A stretch of DNA of 64,000 nucleotides from Gammaproteobacteria bacterium (GTDB lineage: Bacteria; Pseudomonadota; Gammaproteobacteria; Eutrophobiales; Eutrophobiaceae), in NCBI GenBank assembly GCA_965222155.1, contig CBDCTH010000012.1, positions 704,001 through 768,000 of the forward strand. The letters run 5' to 3'. Under the pieces are notes generated by a model that saw only the letters and a list, made by a program, of their open reading frames with translations, did not search any database and was not told the origin of the DNA. Position 1 is the stretch's first letter; every line of letters begins with the position of its first letter. Positions 1-13,190 of the stretch are shown here, in pieces. Made by a program: the position numbers and the translations under genes.

Positions 1-1721
<1,721 letters not shown>

Positions 1722-1741
1722 CCCATTGCAGTTTCTGCCTG

Positions 1742-1772
1742 AAAAAAAACCCGCCTCTCGGCGGGTTTTTTG
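1742..1772. terminator. Intrinsic terminator, probably bidirectional
   Basis: AAAAAAAACCCGCC-TCTC-GGCGGGTTTTTT between convergent groEL and rho. Confidence 0.85.
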
Positions 1773-1795
1773 TTTCAGGGCCAGGGATGGTCTAT

Positions 1796-1888
1796 CGTCA
1801 TTCCGGCGCATGCCGGAATCCAGTAGATGGAACTTCCTGGATAAAGAATAGGTTAACTGACTGGATTCCGGCATGCGCCGGAATGACG
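1796..1888. repeat. REPIN-like paired palindrome, family A copy 1
   Basis: CGTCATTCCGGCGCATGCCGGAATCCAGT, a 35-nt spacer, then the exact reverse complement. Confidence 0.9.
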
Positions 1889-2058
1889 ATCGCTGCGAAT
1901 GACGATCGCTGCGAATGACGATCGCTGCGAATGACGATCGCTGCGAATGACGATCGCTGCGAATGACGATCGCTGCGAATGACGCTGCCGTTGCGAATGG
2001 CGACCGTTGCGAATGGCGACCGTTGCGAATGGCGACCGTTGCGAATGGCGATCGCAGC
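1881..2058. repeat. 16-bp tandem repeat, 11 units
   Basis: 6x GAATGACGATCGCTGC, one 18-bp hybrid, 3x GAATGGCGACCGTTGC, one degenerate unit. Confidence 0.95.
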
Positions 2059-2079
2059 GTATAACGGCTGGCGCTCGTT

Positions 2080-3339
2080 CTACCTCTTTTTCATGGCGTC
2101 GAAGAACTGGGCATTGTTCTTGGTCGCTTTCAGCCGCTCCAGCAGAAATTCCATGGCGGTAATAGGTTCCATGGGATGCAATAGTTTCCTGAGTATCCAC
2201 ATTTTCTGCAGTTCCTCTTTTTCCGTCAGCAACTCTTCGCGCCGGGTACCGGAACGGTTGATGAAGATGGCCGGATAGATGCGTTTTTCCGAGATCTCCC
2301 GGTCCAGGTGCAATTCCATATTACCGGTGCCCTTGAATTCTTCATAGATGACTTCGTCCATGCGCGAACCGGTATCGACCAGGGCAGTGGCCAGGATGGT
2401 GAGGCTGCCGCCCTCCTCGATATTCCGTGCGGCGCCAAAAAAACGTTTCGGTCTTTGCAGTGCATTGGCGTCAACGCCACCGGTCAATACCTTGCCTGAT
2501 GCCGGCACAACCGTATTGTAGGCCCGGGCAAGACGGGTGATTGAATCAAGCAGGACGACTACATCCCGCTTATGCTCCGTCAGGCGTTTTGCCCTTTCTA
2601 TTACCATTTCAGCTACCTGTACGTGGCGCGAGGCGGGTTCATCAAAGGTGCTGGAGATCACCTCTCCCCGCACCGAGCGTTCCATTTCCGTGACTTCCTC
2701 CGGTCGCTCATCAATGAGCAGGACGATCAAATGGCATTCCGGGTGGTTGTGCTTGATTGACTGGGCAATGGATTGCAGGATCATCGTTTTGCCGGCCTTG
2801 GGCGGCGATACGATAAGACCGCGCTGGCCCCTGCCGATAGGCGCTACCAGGTCAATGATTCTCGGGGTCAGATCCTCGGTGCTGCCATTGCCTACTTCCA
2901 GCTTCAAACGTTCCTCCGCAAATAACGGCGTCAGGTTTTCAAAGATGATCTTGTTCCTGGCCTTTTCGGGCGCTTCGAAGTTGATCTCATTGACCTTGAG
3001 CAGCGCGAAGTAACGCTCGCCTTCCTTGGGCGGCCTGATCTTGCCGGAGATATTATCACCGGTTCGCAGGTTGAAACGCCTTATCTGGCTGGGAGAGACA
3101 TAGATGTCATCGGGACCGGCCAGGTAGGAACTGTCTGCGGAACGTAAAAATCCAAAGCCATCCTGGAGAATTTCCAGGACGCCGCTGCCGTAAATATCTT
3201 CGCCCTTTCTGGCATGCGCCTTCAGGATTTCAAAAATGACGTCTTGTTTTCTTGAGCGGGCCAAACCATCGAGGCCGAGGGATTCAGATATGAGAACTAA
3301 TTCTGATGCGGGTTGTTGCTTCAATTCTGTGAGATTCAT
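2080..3339 (-). CDS. rho: Transcription termination factor Rho
   Basis: MNLTELK start, GFGFLR, PPKAGKT Walker A, DERPEE. Confidence 0.99.
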   Translation of the reverse strand: MNLTELKQQPASELVLISESLGLDGLARSRKQDVIFEILKAHARKGEDIYGSGVLEILQDGFGFLRSADSSYLAGPDDIYVSPSQIRRFNLRTGDNISGKIRPPKEGERYFALLKVNEINFEAPEKARNKIIFENLTPLFAEERLKLEVGNGSTEDLTPRIIDLVAPIGRGQRGLIVSPPKAGKTMILQSIAQSIKHNHPECHLIVLLIDERPEEVTEMERSVRGEVISSTFDEPASRHVQVAEMVIERAKRLTEHKRDVVVLLDSITRLARAYNTVVPASGKVLTGGVDANALQRPKRFFGAARNIEEGGSLTILATALVDTGSRMDEVIYEEFKGTGNMELHLDREISEKRIYPAIFINRSGTRREELLTEKEELQKMWILRKLLHPMEPITAMEFLLERLKATKNNAQFFDAMKKR

Positions 3340-3521
3340 TTGCTACGTACAAATATGATTTTATTGACTGGCTCTATAACGACAGCCATGTGGTTGAAAT
3401 GCGCTTAAAACCCGGGTCTAAGTTAGAGGGAGTTATTACGACAGGTTAAGTGAAAATTAGCACGTCAAGTCGGAAACGTCCAGTTTTTTTATAACTTTTT
3501 TTAGTAAGTTTGTCAATAAGG

Positions 3522-3848
3522 TTAAATAGTGCTGTCAATGAAGGCAGACAACTGTAATTTCGATACCGCCCCCACTTTCGTTCCAATGACTTCGCCATCC
3601 TTGAATATCATCAACGTGGGGATGCCGCGTACCGCGTATTTCTGCGGGGTCTGGGGATTTTCGTCAATATTGATTTTTGCGACCTTCAGGTTGTCGGTAT
3701 ATTCGTCGGCAATTTCATCCAGGATTGGCGCTATCATCTTGCAGGGACCACACCACTCCGCCCAGTAGTCTACCATTACCGGCGCCCCCGATTTTAATAC
3801 ATCTTCTTCAAAACTGGAATCAGTTACGTGGATAATGCTGTCGTTCAT
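3522..3848 (-). CDS. trxA: Thioredoxin 1
   Basis: WCGPC motif; upstream of rho as usual. ATG at 3848 preferred over GTG at 3860. Confidence 0.97.
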   Translation of the reverse strand: MNDSIIHVTDSSFEEDVLKSGAPVMVDYWAEWCGPCKMIAPILDEIADEYTDNLKVAKINIDENPQTPQKYAVRGIPTLMIFKDGEVIGTKVGAVSKLQLSAFIDSTI

Positions 3849-4302
3849 ATTGTGTGCCACCTATGGTTATATCTGTAGTTTGTATGAGAGGAAGTGCCAT
3901 TTCATCCGAAATATTGATCAATTTCAAGTTCTCTTTGAAAAATCCCTATATTGCTGTGTAACTCATTAGGGAGATAGGCGATGCCAGCGCGCAGACCCCG
4001 CACCCCGTCCGAAAGAGGGCGGGTTGACCATGATAACACGGTGTTGTGGCGAAACTCTCTGTGCCATGATAGCTGCCCCGCGATTATGGCTTCATGTCGG
4101 ATCAGGTTTGCGCCACGGCACCTGTGATAGCAGCATATTGCCACAGCTCTGCGTGTGAACCAACCAACGCCGGCATGACGACGGCCGGGATTCGAAGGTA
4201 TGCATTTGCCCTGTAACCCCAAATCTCCTGATTGACATTCAAACTTATAATCTGGATGATTCACGAACCTGATCCCAGACCCCAATCATCCGGAGACGCA
4301 TC

Positions 4303-4452
4303 ATGTTTTGCCGTTGTACTATTAGTATACACCGCTGGTTACTGATCCTTACGTCGGCGCTCATCCTGACTGGCTGCGGCCAGAAGGGCGACCTTTACCT
4401 GCCCGATGACACCTCTGCAGAAGTTGTCTTGCAGACATCTGTGCATGGATAA
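4303..4452 (+). CDS. lptM: Small lipoprotein, LptM/YifL/LppL family (49 aa, not in ORF track)
   Basis: MFCRCTISIHRWLLILTSALILTGCGQKGDLYLPDD...: lipobox LTGC followed by GQKGxLYLP; overlaps the lysA start; GGAG 5' of ATG. Confidence 0.85.
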   Translation: MFCRCTISIHRWLLILTSALILTGCGQKGDLYLPDDTSAEVVLQTSVHG

Positions 4453-5749
4453 TTTTTCATACAGAAACGGCGCCTTGTATGCCGAAGGTGTCGCTTTGAC
4501 TGCCCTTGCCGAACGCCATGGCACGCCGGCGTTCGTGTATTCGCGAGCGGCAATTGAGTCCCGCTGGCGCGCCTACGCAGACGCGTTCAGCGGGAGAGAT
4601 GCACTGATCTGTTACTCCGTCAAGGCAAACGGCAACCTGGCTATCCTGAACCTCCTGGCCGGACTGGGGTCGGGTTTTGACATTGTATCCGCTGGAGAAC
4701 TGGAGCGGGTGATAGCCGCAGGGGGCGAACCGGATAAGGTGGTGTTTTCCGGTGTCGGGAAACGCGCAGACGAAATCCGGCGCGCCCTGGAAGTCGGCGT
4801 CCGCTGTTTTAACGTTGAGACTGAGGCGGAATTACTGCGCCTGGATGAGATTGCCGGGCAGATGTCCGTTACGGCCCCCGTATCCATCCGGGTGAACCCG
4901 GATACCGATGCGCAGACACATCCGTTTATTGCCACGGGCCTGCGAGAAAACAAGTTCGGCATAGACTATGACCGGGCCCTGGCCGCCTATCAGCAGGCTG
5001 ACACCCTGGACAACCTCACACCGATCGGGATTGACTGTCATATCGGTTCACAGATCACCTCTGTCGAACCGTACGTCGATATGCTGGAAAAACTGCTCTC
5101 CCTGGTAGCGAGACTGGAACGGTCCGGTATCCCCATCAGGCATATCGACATCGGTGGAGGACTGGGCATCAATTACCGGTGCGGGAGTAGCGTTCAGCGA
5201 ACCGGCAGCGAACCTCAGACAAGCAGTCGCGACGGGAACGGAGACATACCCGGTATAACAGCTTTTGCAAAGGTCGTCAGGGACCTGATTCCTGAACCTT
5301 ACGGCATCATGCTGGAACCGGGTCGTTCCATAGTCGGCAATGCCTGCGTGTTGCTCACCCGGGTTGAGTACCTGAAGACAAACAACACAAAGCGCTTCGC
5401 AGTCGTGGACGCGAGCATGAACGATTTGTTGCGTCCATCCTTATACCAGGCCTGGCACGACATCATCCCTGTTACTGAACGCGAGCAGGTAATTGAACAT
5501 GAATACGATGTCGTCGGACCGGTGTGCGAGAGCGCTGATTTCCTGGGGTTGCAGCGCAGTCTCTCCCTGTTGCCGAACGACCTGCTGGCCGTCCTGTCCG
5601 CCGGGGCCTACGGGTTTTGTATGAGTTCCAATTACAACAGCAGGCCCAGGGCGGTAGAACTCCTGGTAGACGGGGAGCAGGAACACGTCATCCGGGAACG
5701 GGAGTCGCTGGAGCAACTGATGGCAGGAGAGAAGATTTTACCGGTTTGA
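4445..5749 (+). CDS. lysA: Diaminopimelate decarboxylase
   Basis: YSVKAN (PLP lysine), HIGSQ, GPVCESAD, SNYNSRPR. Start ATG 4445 (MDNFSY). Confidence 0.96.
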   Translation: MDNFSYRNGALYAEGVALTALAERHGTPAFVYSRAAIESRWRAYADAFSGRDALICYSVKANGNLAILNLLAGLGSGFDIVSAGELERVIAAGGEPDKVVFSGVGKRADEIRRALEVGVRCFNVETEAELLRLDEIAGQMSVTAPVSIRVNPDTDAQTHPFIATGLRENKFGIDYDRALAAYQQADTLDNLTPIGIDCHIGSQITSVEPYVDMLEKLLSLVARLERSGIPIRHIDIGGGLGINYRCGSSVQRTGSEPQTSSRDGNGDIPGITAFAKVVRDLIPEPYGIMLEPGRSIVGNACVLLTRVEYLKTNNTKRFAVVDASMNDLLRPSLYQAWHDIIPVTEREQVIEHEYDVVGPVCESADFLGLQRSLSLLPNDLLAVLSAGAYGFCMSSNYNSRPRAVELLVDGEQEHVIRERESLEQLMAGEKILPV

Positions 5750-5816
5750 ACGGCGTATCCTGCATCAGCCCCGGTGCTGTTGCACAGTCACCGTTGACAG
5801 ATATTACGCTGAAAAA

Positions 5817-5952
5817 TGCGCGAAAATGGTGCATAATCCAGGGGCTTTGAGCTATTTTGGCGCGCCATACTGGTAAATATATGAGTGGTGGACAGGTAAA
5901 GTGCTGAACGACACCGTTATTTTTCGATTTCCCGGAGTGGCATAAATTGTGC
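5817..5952 (+). promoter_or_regulatory. NtrC enhancer site(s) and sigma54 promoter of glnA
   Basis: TGCGCGA-AAA-TGGTGCA at 5817-5833, weaker site at 5848-5864, and TGGCATAAATTGTGC (GG-N10-GC) at 5938-5952. Confidence 0.75.
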
Positions 5953-6049
5953 GATGTGGTATTGTTCGCTAGCGGTTGCCACTGTGAGCAGTCAGGGGAA
6001 ACCGGTAACACCATTAAATCAAATGTAAAAATGTGCGAGGAGATAAGCA

Positions 6050-7459
6050 ATGTCCAAAGAGAAGGTATATGGATTAATCGAAGAGCATGAGGTGCGTTTT
6101 GTTGACTTGCGGTTCTGTGATACGCGAGGCAAGGAACAGCATGTAACTGTGCCGGTTAATACCATCACAGACGAGTTTTTCGAAAATGGCAAGATGTTTG
6201 ACGGTTCGTCCATTGCCGGCTGGAAGGGGATTAACGAGTCAGATATGCTGTTGATGCCGGACACGGAAACAGCAGTGATCGATCCGTTTTATGATGAATC
6301 GACCCTGGACCTGCGTTGTGACGTACTGGAACCGACTACCATGCAAGGTTACGAACGCTGTCCGCGTTCCCTGGCAAAACGCGCGGAGGCCTACCTGCAA
6401 TCGACCGGCATAGCTGACTCTGCCTATTTCGGTCCGGAACCTGAATTTTTCATTTTTGATGAAGCTCGTTGGAGTGACAACCTGAACAGCGCTTTTTACG
6501 AGATTGATTCCGAAGAAGGCCACTGGAACAGTGACAAACTGATGGATAGCCCGAACCAGGGCCATCGCCCCGGCGTTAAAGGCGGCTATTTTCCGGTGCC
6601 GCCTGTGGATTCACTGCAAAACGTTCGCAGTTCCATCTGTATGGCATTAGAGGATATGGGGCAGACGGTCGAGGTGCATCACCATGAAGTCGCGACGGCC
6701 GGCCAGGCGGAAATCGGTACGGAATTCAAAACACTGGTAATCAAGGCGGATGAACTGCTCACCCTGAAATACTGCGCGATGAACGTCGCCCAGGGTTACG
6801 GCAAGACGGTGACCTTTATGCCGAAACCCCTGGTTGGCGATAACGGCAACGGTATGCACGTTCATCAGTCCCTGGGTAAAGACGGTCAAAACCTGTTTAC
6901 AGGTGATAAGTACGGTGGTCTTTCCGATCTGGCACTGCACTATATCGCAGGTATATTCAAGCATGCGCGGGCTCTCAATGCCTTCACGAATTCCGGCACC
7001 AACAGCTACAAGCGCCTGGTGCCCGGTTTTGAAGCCCCGGTATTGCTCGCCTATTCCGCGCGCAACCGTTCAGCGGCGGCCCGCATCCCCTGGGTTGCCA
7101 ACCCCCAGGCAAGACGCGTTGAAATCAGGTTTCCGGATTCCTGCGGCAATCCGTACTTCATGTTCGCGGCAATGATGATGGCGGGACTGGACGGGATTCA
7201 GAACAGGCTGGAGCCGGGCGAACCCCTGGAAAAAGACCTGTACGACCTGACGATCGAGGAAGAGTCGGAAATCCCCACCGTATGTTCATCGCTTGAACAG
7301 GCGTTGGAGGCGCTGGACCAGGATCGGGATTTCCTGACGGCCGGTGGTGTTTTTTCAGACGATATGATCGATGGTTATATTGAGTTGAAAATGGATGAGG
7401 TGAACCGTTTCCGCATGACCACACATCCGGTGGAACTTGATATGTACTACAGTCTGTAA
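6050..7459 (+). CDS. glnA: Glutamine synthetase type I
   Basis: [23 protein letters not shown], adenylylation-site motif KDLYDL. Confidence 0.99.
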   Translation: MSKEKVYGLIEEHEVRFVDLRFCDTRGKEQHVTVPVNTITDEFFENGKMFDGSSIAGWKGINESDMLLMPDTETAVIDPFYDESTLDLRCDVLEPTTMQGYERCPRSLAKRAEAYLQSTGIADSAYFGPEPEFFIFDEARWSDNLNSAFYEIDSEEGHWNSDKLMDSPNQGHRPGVKGGYFPVPPVDSLQNVRSSICMALEDMGQTVEVHHHEVATAGQAEIGTEFKTLVIKADELLTLKYCAMNVAQGYGKTVTFMPKPLVGDNGNGMHVHQSLGKDGQNLFTGDKYGGLSDLALHYIAGIFKHARALNAFTNSGTNSYKRLVPGFEAPVLLAYSARNRSAAARIPWVANPQARRVEIRFPDSCGNPYFMFAAMMMAGLDGIQNRLEPGEPLEKDLYDLTIEEESEIPTVCSSLEQALEALDQDRDFLTAGGVFSDDMIDGYIELKMDEVNRFRMTTHPVELDMYYSL

Positions 7460-7474
7460 CATTCTGCCTGCTTT

Positions 7475-7502
7475 GGGGGGACAGATTTAAATCTGTCCCC
7501 CC
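7475..7502. repeat. 28-bp perfect palindrome (family D); may also terminate glnA
   Basis: GGGGGGACAGATTTAAATCTGTCCCCCC followed by TTTT; related copies at 10926, 11094, 23176 and 53179. Confidence 0.8.
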
Positions 7503-7517
7503 TTTTCCGCAGAAGAT

Positions 7518-7659
7518 TTATCCGCAGATTACGCAGATTACGCAGATTATGATATATGATTCAAGAGAATTTGGGGCTTGATTCAAAAGTATGCGGTTGT
7601 CCTGATCCGGTGATTTAGCACTCTTTTAAATCTGCGTAATCTGCGTAATCTGCGGATAA
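7518..7659. repeat. Inverted-repeat element with internal 9-bp periodicity (family C)
   Basis: 31-bp perfect IR TTATCCGCAGATTACGCAGATTACGCAGATT ... AATCTGCGTAATCTGCGTAATCTGCGGATAA around an 80-nt spacer. Confidence 0.88.
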
Positions 7660-7668
7660 CTTACATAC

Positions 7669-8709
7669 ATGAATACGGACAGGCTGCAGGATAATCTTTA
7701 CACGGCCGTGCTGGTATTCGATGACGATCTTCGGCTTACGGATATCAATAATGCAGGGGAGACGTTATTTTTTATCAGCCGTGGCAAGATGTATGGTCAT
7801 AGCGCACATGAAATGCTGGCTGCCTCGCACAAGCTGCTGGAAAATATCGAGCGTACCCGGGCGACTAAACAACCCCGCATGGAATGGGGTATCGATTTGG
7901 ATCTTCCCGATGCAAAGTCTGTGTGTGTGGATTGTATCGTTACACCGGTAATTGAAGGCGAGGCATGTAAGGAAGTGGTGCTTGAGTTGATCAATGCCGA
8001 TTCCCGTGTGCGGGCCCTGCGAGAAAGTAATTTATCTTACTTGCACGACGCGGCGCGCAAGTCGTTAAGCGGTATAGCCCATGAAATCAAAAACCCCCTG
8101 GGGGGATTACGCGGCGCCGCGCAACTCCTGGAACGGGAGTTGAATGGTTCCAGCCTGGTGGAATATACCCAGATCATCATTAACGAAGCGGACCGATTAC
8201 GCAACCTGGTGGACCGGATGCTGGCCCCGGTGACAAGAAACCGGACCAGCCGCGTCAATATTCACAAGGTACTCGAGCATACCTGCGGCATTGTGGAGGC
8301 GGAGTCGGAATTTAATTTAAAAATCCAGCGCGACTATGATCCCAGCCTGCCGTCGTTGCGAGTTGATCGGGAGCAATTGATCCAGGCGCTGTTGAATATC
8401 TGCAGGAATGCGTTACAGGCGGTAGATGAAACCGGGAAAATTCTGATCCGTACCCGGATAAAACGCCGTTGTACAATCCGCCAAAGACATTACAAGCTGA
8501 CCGTCCAGATTGACGTTATCGATAATGGGCCCGGTGTTCCCGCAGAAATTGAGGATCATATATTTTATCCCATGGTCACAGGCCGGGTTGGCGGCTCCGG
8601 CCTGGGATTGTCCATTTCCCAGTCATTGATCCAATCCCAGAACGGCATGATTCAATACGAAAGAATCAATGACAGGACACATTTCAGGATTCTCCTGCCG
8701 GTGGAATGA
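7669..8709 (+). CDS. ntrB: Nitrogen regulation sensor kinase NtrB
   Basis: PAS N-terminus, AHEIKNPLGGLRGAAQLL H-box, DNGPG, GSGLGL. Confidence 0.96.
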   Translation: MNTDRLQDNLYTAVLVFDDDLRLTDINNAGETLFFISRGKMYGHSAHEMLAASHKLLENIERTRATKQPRMEWGIDLDLPDAKSVCVDCIVTPVIEGEACKEVVLELINADSRVRALRESNLSYLHDAARKSLSGIAHEIKNPLGGLRGAAQLLERELNGSSLVEYTQIIINEADRLRNLVDRMLAPVTRNRTSRVNIHKVLEHTCGIVEAESEFNLKIQRDYDPSLPSLRVDREQLIQALLNICRNALQAVDETGKILIRTRIKRRCTIRQRHYKLTVQIDVIDNGPGVPAEIEDHIFYPMVTGRVGGSGLGLSISQSLIQSQNGMIQYERINDRTHFRILLPVE

Positions 8710-8710
8710 A

Positions 8711-10111
8711 GTGACGGCCAACAATAAGGTCTGGATTGTTGATGACGATAAATCCATAAGGTGGGTGCTGGAACGCGCCTTGATCAAGGAACAACTGGAA
8801 CCGATAACCTTCGACAATGCACAGGATTTGCTGCAACGGCTCGGCACGGATAAACCGGACGTAATAATCTCGGACATTCATATGCCCGGCCTGGACGGCC
8901 TGGCTTTGCTGGAGGAGATAAAACAGAAGAACCCCGATGTGCCGGTTATTATCATGACCGCTTTCCCGGACCTGGACCGGGCGGTTTCATCGTTTCAGGG
9001 AGGGGCTTATGAGTACCTGCCCAAGCCGTTTGATATAGATGAACTGCTCAGCCTGGTGAAGCGCGCAGTACAGCGACATCCGGAGGGGCAGGTGGAAACA
9101 CCTGGAAAAGACAGCGCGACCACTGAAATCATCGGCTCTGCTACAGCCATGCAGGAAGTGTTTCGAGCAATCGGCAGGCTGTCGAGTTCCCACCTCACCG
9201 TCCTGGTCACCGGCGAGTCCGGCAGCGGAAAAGAACTGGTGGCGCAGGCATTGCATCGCCACAGCCCCCGGTCACAACGGCGGTTTATTGCCATCAACAT
9301 GGCGGCTATCCCCCGTGATTTGCTGGAATCCGAATTATTCGGTCATGAAAAAGGCGCGTTCACGGGCGCTACGTCACAGCGTCTTGGCCGTTTCGAACAG
9401 GCAAGCGGTGGCACCTTATTTCTCGATGAAATCGGTGATATGCCTGCAGACCTGCAAACGCGCCTGTTACGCGTACTGTCTACCGGCACCTTTTACAGGG
9501 TGGGCGGCCATTTACCCATTGACGCGGAAGTAAGGGTGATTGCTGCAACCAACCAGGACCTGGAGGAACGGGTAAAACGAAAAGCGTTTCGCGAAGACCT
9601 GTTTCATCGTTTAAACGTGATCCGGGTGCACGTTCCGTCACTGCGTGACAGGCGAGAGGATATTCCGTTATTAACGGAACATTTTCTACACTGCTCATCC
9701 ATCGAATTAAATATTGAAGCGAAACTGATGTTGCCGGCGACCCAGGAATTCCTGGACGGGCTGGATTGGCCGGGCAACGTAAGGCAACTGGAAAACCTGT
9801 GCCGCTGGATAACAGTCATGGCCCCGGGCAAGGAGATTCACCTGGATGACCTGCCGCCTGAACTGCGGGATACGGAACCGGCGGGGGAAAAAATTGAAAA
9901 CTGGGACAGCACGTTGCGTCGTTGGGTCAAATCAACCCTGCTCAAAGGTGAGACCGGATTATTGAGCAACCTCCTCCCGGAGTTTGAACGCATCCTGATT
10001 GAAGAAGCCTTGCAACAAACAGCAGGACGCCGCCACGAGGCCGCCAGGCTGCTGGGTTGGGGGCGTAATACCTTGACGAGGAAGATAAAATCACTGAATC
10101 TGAAAATTTAA
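8711..10111 (+). CDS. ntrC: Nitrogen regulator NtrC
   Basis: Receiver domain (VDDD), [14 protein letters not shown], Fis-type [13 protein letters not shown]. Start GTG 8711. Confidence 0.97.
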   Translation: MTANNKVWIVDDDKSIRWVLERALIKEQLEPITFDNAQDLLQRLGTDKPDVIISDIHMPGLDGLALLEEIKQKNPDVPVIIMTAFPDLDRAVSSFQGGAYEYLPKPFDIDELLSLVKRAVQRHPEGQVETPGKDSATTEIIGSATAMQEVFRAIGRLSSSHLTVLVTGESGSGKELVAQALHRHSPRSQRRFIAINMAAIPRDLLESELFGHEKGAFTGATSQRLGRFEQASGGTLFLDEIGDMPADLQTRLLRVLSTGTFYRVGGHLPIDAEVRVIAATNQDLEERVKRKAFREDLFHRLNVIRVHVPSLRDRREDIPLLTEHFLHCSSIELNIEAKLMLPATQEFLDGLDWPGNVRQLENLCRWITVMAPGKEIHLDDLPPELRDTEPAGEKIENWDSTLRRWVKSTLLKGETGLLSNLLPEFERILIEEALQQTAGRRHEAARLLGWGRNTLTRKIKSLNLKI

Positions 10112-10195
10112 GCTCAATTTTTACGGTTTTCAGGCACACTAATATTGTCATTCTTAATTTACAATATTTCCCGCATAATTTATGGAGACTTATAA

Positions 10196-10909
10196 ATGTT
10201 ACAAGAACGATTGATTGAGTATGAGCATGCCGGAGTCACTCTGGAAGGATTCCTGGCTTGTGACGATACGGAAGACGGGCCAAGACCTGCCGTCATGGTG
10301 GTGCATGCCTGGGCCGGGCGTAGTCAGTTTGAATGCGACAAAGCTCGCGCGCTGGCTGAACTGGGCTACGCCGGTTTCGCGGCTGACATGTTCGGAAAGG
10401 GCGTTCTGGGAAGCAGCAAGGAAGAGAATGCCGGTCTCATACAGCCGTTCCTGGAAGACCGGGCCTTTCTGCAATCCCGTTTGACCACGGCCCTGGAAAC
10501 CCTGAAGGCCTTGCCGGAAGTGGATGAAAACCGGATTGCCGCAATCGGTTTCTGCTTCGGCGGTCTGTGTGTCCTGGACCTGGCCCGTATCGGTACGGAT
10601 ATCAAGGGCGTGGCCAGTTTTCACGGCTTGTTCGGCGCGCCGGGTAATACGGCCGGTACCAGGATCAATGCAAAGGTGCTGGCGTTGCACGGTCATGAAG
10701 ATCCCATGGCGCCCGTTGCTTCCGTGGTTGCGCTTGAGAAAGAGTTGACGGAAGCTGGGGCTGACTGGCAGATACATGCCTACGGCAATACCATGCATTC
10801 CTTTACCAATCCGGCGGCTAATGACCCGGGTTTCGGCACGGTTTACAGTGAGAATGCAGACCGGCGTTCCTGGCAGACCCTGCAGAACTTTCTGGACGAA
10901 CTGTTTTAA
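10196..10909 (+). CDS. Dienelactone hydrolase family protein
   Basis: GFCFGG nucleophile motif, HGHED, HSFTNP. Confidence 0.92.
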   Translation: MLQERLIEYEHAGVTLEGFLACDDTEDGPRPAVMVVHAWAGRSQFECDKARALAELGYAGFAADMFGKGVLGSSKEENAGLIQPFLEDRAFLQSRLTTALETLKALPEVDENRIAAIGFCFGGLCVLDLARIGTDIKGVASFHGLFGAPGNTAGTRINAKVLALHGHEDPMAPVASVVALEKELTEAGADWQIHAYGNTMHSFTNPAANDPGFGTVYSENADRRSWQTLQNFLDELF

Positions 10910-10955
10910 GGAAACGAGAGAAAAAGGGGACAGAATCTGAGTTATCCCCACGGTC

Positions 10956-11049
10956 CGTCATTCCGGCGAATGCCGGAATCCAGTAGACAACTTATTCATT
11001 ATTGTAAGGAAATATTGCTTACTGGATTCCGGCATTCGCCGGAATGACG
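10956..11049. repeat. REPIN-like paired palindrome, family A copy 2
   Basis: CGTCATTCCGGCGAATGCCGGAATCCAGT, 36-nt spacer, exact reverse complement; flanked by degenerate family D palindromes. Confidence 0.9.
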
Positions 11050-11122
11050 CGACGTCGATATTGTCGCGACGTCGATTTCGTGGGGATCCTTCAGGGACAG
11101 ATTTGAAATCTGTCTCCTTGTC

Positions 11123-12243
<1,121 letters not shown>

Positions 12244-12311
12244 CTCCATTGAAGAAGAAGTCAGAAACGAATAGACTTCATCCTGTTGAAGACACAGGTT
12301 GTAATTACGAG

Positions 12312-13190
12312 ATGAATTCACCAAATAAATTCCGGCAGGCAGTTGAAGAAAACAAACCGTTACAGGTAGTCGGCGCTATTACAGCCCTGTCCGCGCGCAT
12401 GGCGGAACAGGCGGGGCACAAGGCGATTTATCTGTCCGGTGGCGGCCTGGCGGCAAATTCCCTGGGGATGCCCGACCTGGGCATCAGCGCCCTGGAAGAC
12501 CTGCTGACGGATATACGGCGCATCACCGACGTCTGTGAACTGCCGTTACTGGTGGACGCGGATACGGGTTTTGGCGGCGCTTTCAATATAGCCAGGACAA
12601 CCCGAAGCCTGGGCAAAGCCGGCGCCGCGGCCATGCATATCGAAGATCAGGTGGCAGAGAAACGTTGCGGGCACAGACCCAACAAAGCCATTGTATCGCA
12701 GGGGGAAATGGTGGATCGCATCAAAGCCGCGGTGGACGCCCGTAGCGACGAGAGTTTTGTCATCATGGCCAGGACCGATGCCCTGGCAGTCGAGGGCATG
12801 CAATCCGTCATTGACCGAATCAACGCCTGTATTGAAGCCGGCGCCGATATGATCTTCCCCGAGGCGGTGTCAACACTCGACCAATATAAGATGTTGCGTG
12901 CAAACATACCCGTTCCTTTCCTGGCGAATATTACGGAATTCGGCAATACCCCGCTGTTTTCCACACCGGAATTGGGCGCGGCAGGCGTCGATATCGTGCT
13001 GTACTGTTGCGGTGCCTACCGGGCGATGAACAAGGCTGCCATGACATTTTACCAGGCCATTCTCGAAGACGGCCATCAACGCAATGTTATTGACATGATG
13101 CAGACTCGGGAAGACATGTATGACATTTTGGGCTACCACGATTACGAACGAAAACTGGATGCTTTGTTTACCCGGGAACTGGTGGAATGA
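12312..13190 (+). CDS. prpB: 2-methylisocitrate lyase
   Basis: DADTGFG and KRCGHRPNK motifs; followed by prpC. Start ATG 12312. Confidence 0.95.
   Translation: MNSPNKFRQAVEENKPLQVVGAITALSARMAEQAGHKAIYLSGGGLAANSLGMPDLGISALEDLLTDIRRITDVCELPLLVDADTGFGGAFNIARTTRSLGKAGAAAMHIEDQVAEKRCGHRPNKAIVSQGEMVDRIKAAVDARSDESFVIMARTDALAVEGMQSVIDRINACIEAGADMIFPEAVSTLDQYKMLRANIPVPFLANITEFGNTPLFSTPELGAAGVDIVLYCCGAYRAMNKAAMTFYQAILEDGHQRNVIDMMQTREDMYDILGYHDYERKLDALFTRELVE

Noticed and set aside
1881-2058. CRISPR array
   Set aside because: Units are contiguous with no unique spacers, and no cas genes are present.
1853-2278. ORFs 1853..2200 and 1979..2278
   Set aside because: They are artefacts of the tandem repeat and overlap rho.
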